Below, one piece after another: positions 55,100 through 64,000 of a DNA stretch of 64,000 bases. The position numbers and the translations under genes are program-made. The notes below the pieces were generated by a model. It had not been told where the DNA came from. It did not search any database and saw nothing but the letters and a program-made list of their open reading frames with translations. Origin of the DNA: Rhodospirillaceae bacterium (GTDB lineage Bacteria; Pseudomonadota; Alphaproteobacteria; Rhodospirillales; JABJKH01); the NCBI GenBank assembly GCA_018660465.1, contig JABJKH010000065.1, positions 3,728 through 67,727 on the forward strand, written 5' to 3'. Each line of letters starts with the position of its first letter. The first letter of the stretch is position 1.

Positions 55100-57368
55100 C
55101 TTCCATACGCTCGATAATACGCGCCGCGCGGTTATAACCGATTTGCAGATGTCGCTGGATAAAACTGGTAGATGCCTTACCTTCGCGAGCGATCAGCGCA
55201 ACCGCTTCATCATACAATGCATCACCTTCCGAAGTGTTCCCGCCGACAAGTGCTGTGCCAGGATCATCTGCTTCTTCAGTGACAGATTCAATGTAGTCAG
55301 GCGTTCCCACGGATTTCAAGTGGGCAACAACATTTTCAACTTCTTTGTCTGACACAAACGGCCCATGAACCCGCGATATGCGACCACCGCCCGCCATGTA
55401 GAGCATATCGCCCTGCCCCAAAAGCTGTTCTGCACCCTGCTCACCAAGAATCGTACGGCTGTCAATTTTCGAAGTGACTTGAAAGCTAATTCTAGTCGGG
55501 AAATTAGCCTTAATTGTGCCGGTGATAACATCAACTGAAGGACGTTGTGTCGCCATGATTAAATGAATTCCAGCGGCTCGGGCCATTTGTGCCAAGCGTT
55601 GCACCGCCCCTTCAATGTCTTTGCCTGCGACCAGCATCAGGTCTGCCATTTCGTCAACGACGACGACGATTAACGGCAACGGCTCCATGGAGAGCGGCTG
55701 ATCTTCGATAATCGGTTTGCCCTGTTCGTCAAACCCGGTTTGCACTTGGCGGGTTAGGACCTCACCTTTTTTAGTCGCCTCAGCAACCCGCTTGTTATAG
55801 CCGGCTATATTTCGCACACCCAAGTTTGACATGGTCCGGTAGCGGTCTTCCATTTCTCGAACCGTCCATTTTAAGGCCATAACGGCTTTGGGCGGATCGG
55901 TAACCACGGGTGCCAATAAATGGGGAATGCCTTCGTAAACGGACAATTCCAACATCTTCGGATCGATCATGATGAATTTGCATTGATCCGGCGTATATTG
56001 ATAAAGCAGCGAGAGGATCATCGTATTAACAGCGACGGACTTACCCGAACCCGTCGTGCCCGCAATAAGAAGATGTGGCATACGCGCTAAATCAACGGCG
56101 ACAGGATTGCCGCCAATATCTTTTCCCAAAGCGATATTTAAGCTACCTGACGCGCGTTCCAGGGTATCTGATTCCAACAGTTCGCGCAGATAAACCATTT
56201 CACGATCAGCATTCGGCAGTTCAATGCCAATCACGTTGCGACCTGGAACTACCGCCACACGAACCGAAATCGCGCTCATGGACCGGGCAATATCGTCCGA
56301 TAAACCGACAACTCTGGATGTCTTGGTGCCCGGTGCGGGCTCAAGTTCATAAAGTGTCACGACCGGACCCGGTCGGACCTTCACGATTTCGCCATGTACA
56401 CCAAAATCTTCCAACACAGTAGATAAGTAATGGGCGTTTTGCTGCAATGCGTCCTTGGCGATACTGACGCCGGTAACAGCTGGTGCCGCCTCAAGAATTT
56501 CCAGGGCCGGAATTTGATATTCGTCTTCTTGGCCAAGGTTTAGATTTTGTTGTTTAAGCGCGGTGGCTTTTTTACCTGTTTTTGCGCGCGGGGCTTTTGC
56601 TTCAATCTTAGGTTCCGGGGTCGATCGCTGATTTTTTAGCGGTCTGCTAATTGTAGGATCCTTCGGTGTTTTTGGTAACGGAGGAAGACCTTTTCTTGAT
56701 GTGCCCAATTGAGAGACAAACCTGAAAGCCCGCCAAGTCCGTATCGCCGCACCCACTGTGAAAAATTTTAAGGTCGATAGACCACTTTGGCATTCGGAAC
56801 TGTTTAATCCGGAGGCCCCGGCGAGCAACGCCAAACCGGCACATCCAAAGATAAAACCGACCGAACCTTCGTTAATAAAAGGTCCTAAACTTTGAGTCCA
56901 TGCGATGACCTGTGACAGACCCATGGTTCCAATAATTCCGCCCAATTTAACGGCTAAGGGCCATTCCTGAAATTGCGGCAAAGCGCTCAAACCAAATGAC
57001 ATTATGATCATCCCGGCAAATAATTTTACCAGGCGGATACTCGGTCGATGGATGCCCGACTTACGGCAGAGTTTCGTGCCCCAAGCGATCAATGCGACGA
57101 CAGGGAGAACGCCTGCCAATCCAAATGTCTGTAATAAAAAATCGGCGATGTAGGCACCAGGCAGACCCAAGATATTACCAGGCTGCATATCCGTGACCGC
57201 ATTCAAGGAGGGATCGCCGGGCGTATAGCTGACCAACAGGGCGGTCAACAACGCTGCGATAGCAAATAAAATAAAGCCACCGGTCTCAAACGCACGCCGG
57301 CGGAGAAAATCCAGGGCGGCGTCAGAAAGGAATGCAGTCGGATCAGGCGCAGATATGTATCTTGGCAT
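55020..57368 (-). CDS. ftsK: DNA translocase FtsK
   Basis: N-terminal TM helices, Pro/Lys-rich linker, motor domain with Walker A IAGTTGSGKSV, and C-terminal gamma domain (ASTSFIQRHLQIGYNRAARIIERME). Confidence 0.95.
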   Translation of the reverse strand: MPRYISAPDPTAFLSDAALDFLRRRAFETGGFILFAIAALLTALLVSYTPGDPSLNAVTDMQPGNILGLPGAYIADFLLQTFGLAGVLPVVALIAWGTKLCRKSGIHRPSIRLVKLFAGMIIMSFGLSALPQFQEWPLAVKLGGIIGTMGLSQVIAWTQSLGPFINEGSVGFIFGCAGLALLAGASGLNSSECQSGLSTLKFFTVGAAIRTWRAFRFVSQLGTSRKGLPPLPKTPKDPTISRPLKNQRSTPEPKIEAKAPRAKTGKKATALKQQNLNLGQEDEYQIPALEILEAAPAVTGVSIAKDALQQNAHYLSTVLEDFGVHGEIVKVRPGPVVTLYELEPAPGTKTSRVVGLSDDIARSMSAISVRVAVVPGRNVIGIELPNADREMVYLRELLESDTLERASGSLNIALGKDIGGNPVAVDLARMPHLLIAGTTGSGKSVAVNTMILSLLYQYTPDQCKFIMIDPKMLELSVYEGIPHLLAPVVTDPPKAVMALKWTVREMEDRYRTMSNLGVRNIAGYNKRVAEATKKGEVLTRQVQTGFDEQGKPIIEDQPLSMEPLPLIVVVVDEMADLMLVAGKDIEGAVQRLAQMARAAGIHLIMATQRPSVDVITGTIKANFPTRISFQVTSKIDSRTILGEQGAEQLLGQGDMLYMAGGGRISRVHGPFVSDKEVENVVAHLKSVGTPDYIESVTEEADDPGTALVGGNTSEGDALYDEAVALIAREGKASTSFIQRHLQIGYNRAARIIERMEGEGVVSKANRVGRREVLIGNDGENVL

Positions 57369-57402
57369 ACCCGATTGTTACTCTGCCATGGTTTACAATG
57401 TC

Positions 57403-58644
57403 TTAACGAAGGACCTTAACAAGCCGTTTAAGGGCCTTTTCAATCACATCTGTTTCATGAACAAGGGCAACGCGGATGTAAGACGCTCCCGGATTGTATC
57501 CGTTGTCATCAGAACGGGCCATATAAGCGCCGGGTTGCACACGAATTCCAGCTTCAGTCCAAAGCTTGAACGCGGCCTCCTCTCCATCTCCGACATCAAG
57601 CCATAAAAAGAATCCACCCCCCGGACGATAATATCCGTAGCGCCCTTCCAAGACTTTCTCGGCGACATCAAATTTAGCGCGGTATTTTATGCGGTTTTCT
57701 TCAACATGCGCCTCGTCATTCCAAAGTGCTGCTGAAGCGGCTTGAAGTGGCAAGGGCATGGTGGCACCGCTGAAACAACGTAGGCGACGTAAATTTTTAA
57801 TCAATTCCGCGTCTCCGGCAACAAAGCCCGAGCGCAGACTGGCCGCACTGGAACGCTTCGATAGGGAGTGAAAGACCAGAACATTTTTATATCCGTCCCC
57901 CAATTCAGCACACGCCTGTAAAGCGCCGGGCGGCGGCGCCTGATCGTAAATTTCCGAATAACATTCATCCACGGCCAAAACAAAATCAAATTCCCGGGCC
58001 AAGCGAATGGCGTCTTTTAAATAGTTGATGTCGGCAATAGCGCCCTGCGGATTGGAAGGCGAGCACAAATAGGCCATGGCTGTGCGGCGCAAGGTACGCT
58101 CGTCTAGATTTCTATAATCCGGCATGAAATTGGAATTGTGGGTGGCCGGAACAAGAACCGGTTCCGCCTGTGCCATAATCGCCCCACCAGAGTAGACATG
58201 ATAGAGGGGATTGGGAATGAGAACGACCGGCTGTTCTCCTGATACACTTCTTGGAACCGATAGGGTCGCCGCCATGTACAGGATCTCGCGCGTTCCCAAA
58301 ACAGGGATAATCCCTACTTTATCATCAATGTCTTGGTTAGGAACATTAAAGCGACGGGTGAGCCAGCTTGACACGGCCTGGCGCAGTTCCGGTATACCAT
58401 CCGGTCGCGGATATTTACCCCACAGGTGCGCATTCGCCGCAACCGTTTCAGCAATCAATGATGGCGGCGCGTGTTGAGGCTCGCCAATTGAGAGGGCAAT
58501 AGCCTCAATGCCTTCCGGCGGTTGCGCAACATCCAAAAGTGCCCGAGTCCGGTCAAAGGGATAATCGGTTAACTGATTAATCATTTCGTTCAACATGGCG
58601 CGGATATTATCGACGGACACCCTGCTGGACAAGCGGAGAGACAT
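57403..58644 (-). CDS. Class I/II PLP-dependent aminotransferase (DapC/succinyldiaminopimelate-aminotransferase-like)
   Basis: LTDYPFDRTRALL N-terminus and PLP-lysine motif FHSLSKRSSAASLRSGF. The track TTG start (58671) lies inside the amtB terminator stem, so the ATG at 58644 (preceded by AAGAG) is preferred. ATGs at 58596 and 58584 are also possible. Confidence 0.8.
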   Translation of the reverse strand: MSLRLSSRVSVDNIRAMLNEMINQLTDYPFDRTRALLDVAQPPEGIEAIALSIGEPQHAPPSLIAETVAANAHLWGKYPRPDGIPELRQAVSSWLTRRFNVPNQDIDDKVGIIPVLGTREILYMAATLSVPRSVSGEQPVVLIPNPLYHVYSGGAIMAQAEPVLVPATHNSNFMPDYRNLDERTLRRTAMAYLCSPSNPQGAIADINYLKDAIRLAREFDFVLAVDECYSEIYDQAPPPGALQACAELGDGYKNVLVFHSLSKRSSAASLRSGFVAGDAELIKNLRRLRCFSGATMPLPLQAASAALWNDEAHVEENRIKYRAKFDVAEKVLEGRYGYYRPGGGFFLWLDVGDGEEAAFKLWTEAGIRVQPGAYMARSDDNGYNPGASYIRVALVHETDVIEKALKRLVKVLR

Positions 58645-58650
58645 CTCTTG

Positions 58651-58688
58651 GAAACAAAAAATAACCGGCAAACTGTTGTTTGCCGGTT
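58651..58688 (-). terminator. Rho-independent terminator downstream of amtB
   Basis: Minus strand: AACCGGCAAAC-AACA-GTTTGCCGGTT followed by ATTTTTTGTTTC. An 11-bp perfect stem, 4-nt loop and a T-run. A second imperfect hairpin (GCCGTCAG...CTGACGGC, 58716-58746) precedes it. Confidence 0.7.
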
Positions 58689-58759
58689 TAGGGAGGAAAT
58701 AATTTTTCCGACACCGCCGTCAGAGACCTTTTGAGGCCCTGACGGCAGTGCGGAACTAT

Positions 58760-60064
58760 TTAGTGGACGATTTCGCCGTGCAGGTTGATATCAAGGCCTT
58801 CGACTTCAGCCTCTTCGTCAACCCTAAGACCCATGATCGTCTCGACAAATTTGAGAATTATGAAGGTCGCAATCGCACAATAAACTATTGTCGCGACAAT
58901 GCCTTCGACCTGAATCCAGACCTGTCCGGCGTTGCCTTCCAACAATCCAGATGTTCCGCCGATTTCTTTAAGCGCGAACACGCCTGTTAACAACGCACCG
59001 ATGATGCCGCCAACGCCGTGTACGCCGAAAGCATCCAGGCTATCATCGTAGTTGAACATCTGTTTCAGGAATGTGGCCCCCCAGAAACAGCCAACACCAG
59101 CGATTAGACCCATGATTAAGGCACCACTAGGTCCGACAAATCCGGCAGCAGGCGTGATGCAGACCAAACCGGCGACTGCACCCGAGATAATACCCAAAAC
59201 ACTTGGCTTTCCGCGATAAATCCATTCGGCGAACATCCACGTCAAGGCCGCAGCAGCAGTACAAATTTGGGTAACCGCCATGGCCATACCCGCGGTCGCA
59301 TTGGCCGCAACGGCAGAGCCGGCATTGAAACCGAACCAGCCAACCCACAGCAACGCAGCCCCGATCACACTCAGAACCAAGTTATGAGGCGCCATGTTTT
59401 CAGTGCGATAACCACGCCGCTTTCCGATAACAATTGCGGTGACGAGACCGGCAATGCCGGCATTAATGTGAACCACTGTGCCGCCAGCAAAATCAAGCAC
59501 ACCCGCGCCGCCTAAGAAACCGCCGCCCCACACCCAGTGGGTAATTGGCGCATAAACAATGATCATCCAAGCGCCAAGAAAGACCAACATGGAGGAGAAT
59601 TTCATACGATCCGCGAAAGCACCGGTGATGAGGGCCGGAGTAATAATGGCGAAAGTCATTTGGAAGGTCATGAAGACTGAATCGGGAATGGTGCCGTTCA
59701 GCGTATCAAGTTTCATTTGGCTCAGGAACATATTGCTAAGGCCACCGACAAAGGCGTTGGCACTTCCCCCATCGGAAAATGCCAATGAATAACCGATGAC
59801 CATCCATAGAACCGTCATCAAACACGTCACTGCAAAGCTTTGCATGATTGTGGCGAGAACATTCTTCTTACGCACCATGCCGCCATAAAATAACGCAAGC
59901 CCGGGTATGGTCATCATCAGAACCAAGACCGTAGAGGTCAGCATCCAGGCCGTATCACCACTGTCGAGGGTCGGCTTTTCAGCGGCGAAGGCCATACCAG
60001 TTGATACCAGAAAGCCCACAAACGCGAGCGTCCCGATACTCTTAAATTTATTCAATAAGTACAT
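58760..60064 (-). CDS. amtB: Ammonium transporter
   Basis: Signal peptide + 11 TM helices. Motifs DFAGGTVVHINAG and LDAFGVHGVGG (twin-His pore). Confidence 0.95.
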   Translation of the reverse strand: MYLLNKFKSIGTLAFVGFLVSTGMAFAAEKPTLDSGDTAWMLTSTVLVLMMTIPGLALFYGGMVRKKNVLATIMQSFAVTCLMTVLWMVIGYSLAFSDGGSANAFVGGLSNMFLSQMKLDTLNGTIPDSVFMTFQMTFAIITPALITGAFADRMKFSSMLVFLGAWMIIVYAPITHWVWGGGFLGGAGVLDFAGGTVVHINAGIAGLVTAIVIGKRRGYRTENMAPHNLVLSVIGAALLWVGWFGFNAGSAVAANATAGMAMAVTQICTAAAALTWMFAEWIYRGKPSVLGIISGAVAGLVCITPAAGFVGPSGALIMGLIAGVGCFWGATFLKQMFNYDDSLDAFGVHGVGGIIGALLTGVFALKEIGGTSGLLEGNAGQVWIQVEGIVATIVYCAIATFIILKFVETIMGLRVDEEAEVEGLDINLHGEIVH

Positions 60065-60077
60065 AATTTAAATTCTC

Positions 60078-60710
<633 letters not shown>

Positions 60711-61976
60711 ATGCCAATCCGCTTTATCATGAGGCCCATGAGCGAAAATAAGAAGACCCCTGAAAATACTCTCAATTGCGATGTTCTCATCGTTGGCGGC
60801 GGACTTGTTGGTGGGACACTCGCTTCGGCGCTGGCCCACTGGGGTTTGCGGACCGTTGTGGTCGATACTCAAGACCCTTCGGTCGGGCTTGATGCGGAAT
60901 TTGATGGGCGGGCATCCGCAATTGCTCTCGCCTCGCAACGTCTTTTGGAGTCTGTTGGACTGTGGGACTCAATGACCGAGAACGCCTGCCCGATTGAGGA
61001 CATTCGTGTCACTGAAGGGAATTCGCCGTTTTTTCTGCATTACGACCACAAAGATACCGAGAGCCAAGCCTTTGGTTACATGATCGAAAACCGCTCCATT
61101 CGTCGTGCACTTTATGATCGGATGTCTACTTTGGAAAATATCCAAATTTTAGCACCAGATCAGGTCGACATCTTAGAACGATCCGTTTCGGGTGTTCGCG
61201 CGGGCCTGAAAAGTGGCGTGAGCGTGAGCGCCGCGCTGGTCATTGGTGCTGACGGACGAAACTCTACGACCAGAAGAGAAGCTAACATCCGCACCACTGG
61301 TTGGTCCTATGATCAAACCGGCATCGTCTGCACGGTCGAGCATCAAGAGCCCCATCATCATATTGCCCACGAACATTTTCTACCTGCGGGGCCCTTCGCA
61401 ATTTTACCCTTGTGGAAAAATCGCGCGTCCATTGTTTGGGCGGAAAGGTCTGACTTGGCACCCGCCATTATGGCTCTTGATGATGCTGACTTCCTTGAAG
61501 AACTAAAGCCCCGGTTCGGTGATTTCTTGGGCGATCTTAAAGTCATCGGTCCACGTTGGGCCTATCCGCTCACGTTGAAATTTGCTGAGCGCGCGATTGA
61601 CCTTCGGCTAGCCTTGATTGGCGATGCCCTGCATGGCATGCACCCCATTGCCGGACAGGGCTTAAACATGGGATTACGGGATGTTGCAGCCTTGGCCGAA
61701 GTCCTGGTGGACGCCCGGCGTCTGGGTATGGATTTAGGAGACCGGATTGTTTTAGAGCGTTATCAGCGCTGGCGGCGTTTCGATAACACCTTAATGTTGG
61801 CCGCAACGGATGGTCTCAATCGTTTGTTTTCAAACACCATTGGGCCTGTACGTCTGGCCCGTGATCTGGGCCTATCTGCGGTTAATAAAATGGGGCCGCT
61901 CAAGAAAGTCTTTATGCGCTCGGCCATGGGGTTATCTGGAGAGTTGCCAAAACTGATGCGCGGCCAACCCTTGTAA
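60711..61976 (+). CDS. UbiH/UbiF/VisC/COQ6-family FAD-dependent ubiquinone-biosynthesis hydroxylase
   Basis: FAD fingerprint DVLIVGGGLVGGTLASALA, then GADGRNS and LIGDALHGMHPIAGQGLNMGLRD. The start could instead be the downstream Met codons (MRPM/MSENKK). Confidence 0.85.
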   Translation: MPIRFIMRPMSENKKTPENTLNCDVLIVGGGLVGGTLASALAHWGLRTVVVDTQDPSVGLDAEFDGRASAIALASQRLLESVGLWDSMTENACPIEDIRVTEGNSPFFLHYDHKDTESQAFGYMIENRSIRRALYDRMSTLENIQILAPDQVDILERSVSGVRAGLKSGVSVSAALVIGADGRNSTTRREANIRTTGWSYDQTGIVCTVEHQEPHHHIAHEHFLPAGPFAILPLWKNRASIVWAERSDLAPAIMALDDADFLEELKPRFGDFLGDLKVIGPRWAYPLTLKFAERAIDLRLALIGDALHGMHPIAGQGLNMGLRDVAALAEVLVDARRLGMDLGDRIVLERYQRWRRFDNTLMLAATDGLNRLFSNTIGPVRLARDLGLSAVNKMGPLKKVFMRSAMGLSGELPKLMRGQPL

Positions 61977-61981
61977 GATAA

Positions 61982-62362
61982 TCAAGGGTCTCGACTGAGA
62001 CCTCTTACCTTCAATTCAACTAAATAATTTTCCCAAATTTCATCTTGGCGGTCACCAAAGTTATAAAGCGTATCCCAAGAATAAATGCCGGTGTCGTGCA
62101 GGTCGTCGAACTTAATTCGAACCGCATAGTTTCCGACCGCTTCCACACCCATGATCCCCACATGACGTCGGCCGCTTACAACCGTTTTGTCACCAGGGCC
62201 GTGGCCTTGGACTTCCGCCGACGGGCTTTCAACGCGCAGTAATTCAGCCGGCAGTTTAAATTGCTTGCCGTCATCAAAATCGACCTCCAACACTTTTTCA
62301 TCTTTTTTCAAGCGAATTTCGGTGGGTCGATAAGCTGGTTCATATTTGCTCGTCATATTCAT
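61982..62362 (-). CDS. DUF971 (gamma-butyrobetaine-hydroxylase N-terminal-like) protein
   Basis: LEVDFDDGKQFKLPAELLRVESPSAE...GNYAVRIKFDDLHDTGIYSWDTLY, the characteristic DUF971 pattern. Confidence 0.75.
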   Translation of the reverse strand: MNMTSKYEPAYRPTEIRLKKDEKVLEVDFDDGKQFKLPAELLRVESPSAEVQGHGPGDKTVVSGRRHVGIMGVEAVGNYAVRIKFDDLHDTGIYSWDTLYNFGDRQDEIWENYLVELKVRGLSRDP

Positions 62363-62557
62363 CTACGCACCCGCACCGTCGTCAAGCGACCGCGCTTCAT
62401 CAATAAGCATGATCGGAATGCCGTCTCTAATCGGATACGCCAAACTGGCTTGGTCGCTGATCAGTTCCTGCGCCGCCGCATCATAACGCAACGGGCCTTT
62501 GCTGAGAGGGCAGACCAATATTTCCAAAAGTTTCGGATCTACTTTTCGCTCGGGCAT
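62363..62557 (-). CDS. Trm112/YcaR-family small protein
   Basis: [58 protein letters not shown] at 62557. The longer track ORF (to 62728) overlaps the LON-domain gene. Confidence 0.8.
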   Translation of the reverse strand: MPERKVDPKLLEILVCPLSKGPLRYDAAAQELISDQASLAYPIRDGIPIMLIDEARSLDDGAGA

Positions 62558-62592
62558 CGCACTCTTTCTCCAAGGATCTTGTTGCGGGTTCG

Positions 62593-63246
62593 TTATTGCG
62601 TCATCGGTGTCGCTGAGACACCGGATTCTTGAACGGCCATTTCCATAAGGCTGGTCAGTAATTCGCTTCTTTCTTTCAGGTTCGGGCTTTCCAGAAGCGC
62701 CTGTTTTTCCACACCCGCGAACGGGCACCCCATTGCTAGCGAGGAGACAACCACCTCGTCCGTTGCTTTTTCTATTACGCTCCAGTCGGTCTGAATATTT
62801 TTAAGATCAAAATAGGCCCGAATGGCTTGAAGACGGCGCTCTTTTTCAGTTGAGGCTTCGCCCGGCAACAGGTCATCTTGAAACCGAGCATAGGATACTC
62901 GGGCTGATCGATAGGGCTGATCGTTATCAATTTCTTCGATGATTTTAAATCGGGTAACTCCTGCCAGGGTAATAAGATTTCGCCCGTCCGTTGTTTCGTT
63001 AAACGACACGATTTCACCGACACAACCGATATCGTAAAGCTGGGCATCCGAACTGATGGGGTCTCGTTCAGGCACTTGCGGCTGCACAATGCCGATCATG
63101 CTTTCGGCGTCCATTGCCGCCGATACCATATCCAAATATCGTTGTTCAAAAATATTTAATGGCAAACTCGCGCGCGGCAACAATAAGACTCCTGTTAGGG
63201 GAAAAAGCGGTAAAACTTCCGGAAGATTAGAATGCTCTTCGATCAT
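62593..63246 (-). CDS. LON substrate-binding (N-terminal) domain protein
   Basis: [30 protein letters not shown] is the classic Lon N-domain start. 217 aa with no ATPase or protease domain. Confidence 0.85.
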   Translation of the reverse strand: MIEEHSNLPEVLPLFPLTGVLLLPRASLPLNIFEQRYLDMVSAAMDAESMIGIVQPQVPERDPISSDAQLYDIGCVGEIVSFNETTDGRNLITLAGVTRFKIIEEIDNDQPYRSARVSYARFQDDLLPGEASTEKERRLQAIRAYFDLKNIQTDWSVIEKATDEVVVSSLAMGCPFAGVEKQALLESPNLKERSELLTSLMEMAVQESGVSATPMTQ

Positions 63247-64000
63247 GAATATAAGAGCGCTGTCAGCTCTTTCCTGATTTCCAACGTCGTCGGGTGATCG
63301 TGTCCCAAAGCTTCAAATATTTTTAGCATTTGTTTTTTTGCGGCTTCATCGTCCCAAGCGCGGTCGCGCCGGAAAAGTTCCAAAAGCTCACGTAATGCTT
63401 CTTCGTTTTGCTGAGCGCCATAATACGCCATGGCAAGATCAAAGCGGCTTTGGTGATTGGTGGGATCGGCTTCAACCTTTTGCCGTAAGTCAGCCGTATC
63501 GCTTGAATCACCACTTTGTTCGGCCAATTCCAGTGCGCTAATGGCAGCCGCAACTTCGGGTGCAGCCTTAATTTTATCGTCGAGCTGACCGATAATTTCT
63601 TGAGCGTGCTCCAATTTTCCAATCGTAATGGAGCAGCGGATAAGGCCCGCGATTGCCTCTGCATTTTCAGGATCTTGGCGCATAACGTCCATATAAATTG
63701 GACCGGCTACATCGATATTTCCATCCTCAAACGCGGCCTTGGCTTGTTCGAGCGCCGCATCCAAAGGTGTCTTCGCATCGCCAATCAATCGGCCGATGAA
63801 ATCTTTGATCTGGCGTTCTGTCTGGGCACCAACAAAACCATCAGCAGGTTGGCCATCCTTAAAAGCGAAAACCGCGGGGATCGATTGGATGCGCAATTGC
63901 CCGGCCAGTTCTTTATTTTCATCGACGTTGATCTTGACCATGCGGACCAAGCCGCCGGCTTGAGTCACTAGCTTTTCCAACAAAGGCCCAAGCTGCTTAC
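63243..64000 (-). CDS. Thioredoxin-domain + TPR co-chaperone (YbbN/CnoX-like), 5' end outside window
   Basis: The reading frame stays open past the track start: nt 63984-63998 encode KQLGP upstream of LLEKLV, the region directly after a thioredoxin WCGPC active site. This is followed by IQSIPAVFAFKDGQP and C-terminal TPR-like helices. Confidence 0.85.
   Translation of the reverse strand, partial: KQLGPLLEKLVTQAGGLVRMVKINVDENKELAGQLRIQSIPAVFAFKDGQPADGFVGAQTERQIKDFIGRLIGDAKTPLDAALEQAKAAFEDGNIDVAGPIYMDVMRQDPENAEAIAGLIRCSITIGKLEHAQEIIGQLDDKIKAAPEVAAAISALELAEQSGDSSDTADLRQKVEADPTNHQSRFDLAMAYYGAQQNEEALRELLELFRRDRAWDDEAAKKQMLKIFEALGHDHPTTLEIRKELTALLYS

Overview
This 64-kb window looks like chromosomal DNA from a roughly 50% GC proteobacterium. 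The housekeeping genes suggest an alphaproteobacterium, but that is an inference from gene content only. All calls rest on motifs read from the ORF translations; no database or HMM search was possible.

Nt 1-44468 is one very large, densely packed surface-glycan (O-antigen/capsule-type) locus. It continues beyond the left edge of the window. It contains:
- five GT2-type glycosyltransferases, one of them fused to a sugar-1-P nucleotidylyltransferase
- a GT4 glycosyltransferase
- a WbpL/WecA-type initiating transferase
- three large polytopic membrane proteins: YfhO-like, ArnT/PMT-like and O-antigen-ligase family
- an LtaS/EptA-like sulfatase-fold membrane protein
- six class I SAM methyltransferases
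- two AsnB-type amidotransferases and a heparinase II/III-like protein
- ManC, two SDR epimerase/reductases and a CapD/WbpM dehydratase
- two Gfo/Idh/MocA oxidoreductases
- a cytidylyltransferase + HAD phosphatase + 2-hydroxyacid dehydrogenase trio
- a carbamoyltransferase with SxtJ-like and SxtK-like (DUF5989) partners; the latter is a 50-aa ORF missing from the supplied ORF track

The most unusual element is a pair of old paralogous B12-binding radical SAM enzymes. They bracket the YfhO-like protein and are coupled to a GtrB-type polyprenyl-phosphate glycosyltransferase.

No Wzx, Wzz or Wzm/Wzt export genes, no sugar aminotransferase and no acetyltransferase are visible in the window.

Nt 44495-64000 is ordinary core genome: purH, two TPR proteins, a SIS isomerase, the 1619-aa NAD-glutamate dehydrogenase, lolA, ftsK, an aminotransferase, amtB-glnK, a UbiH-family monooxygenase, DUF971, Trm112-like, a LON-domain protein and a thioredoxin/TPR protein.

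I found no rRNA, tRNA, CRISPR array or transposase/integrase.
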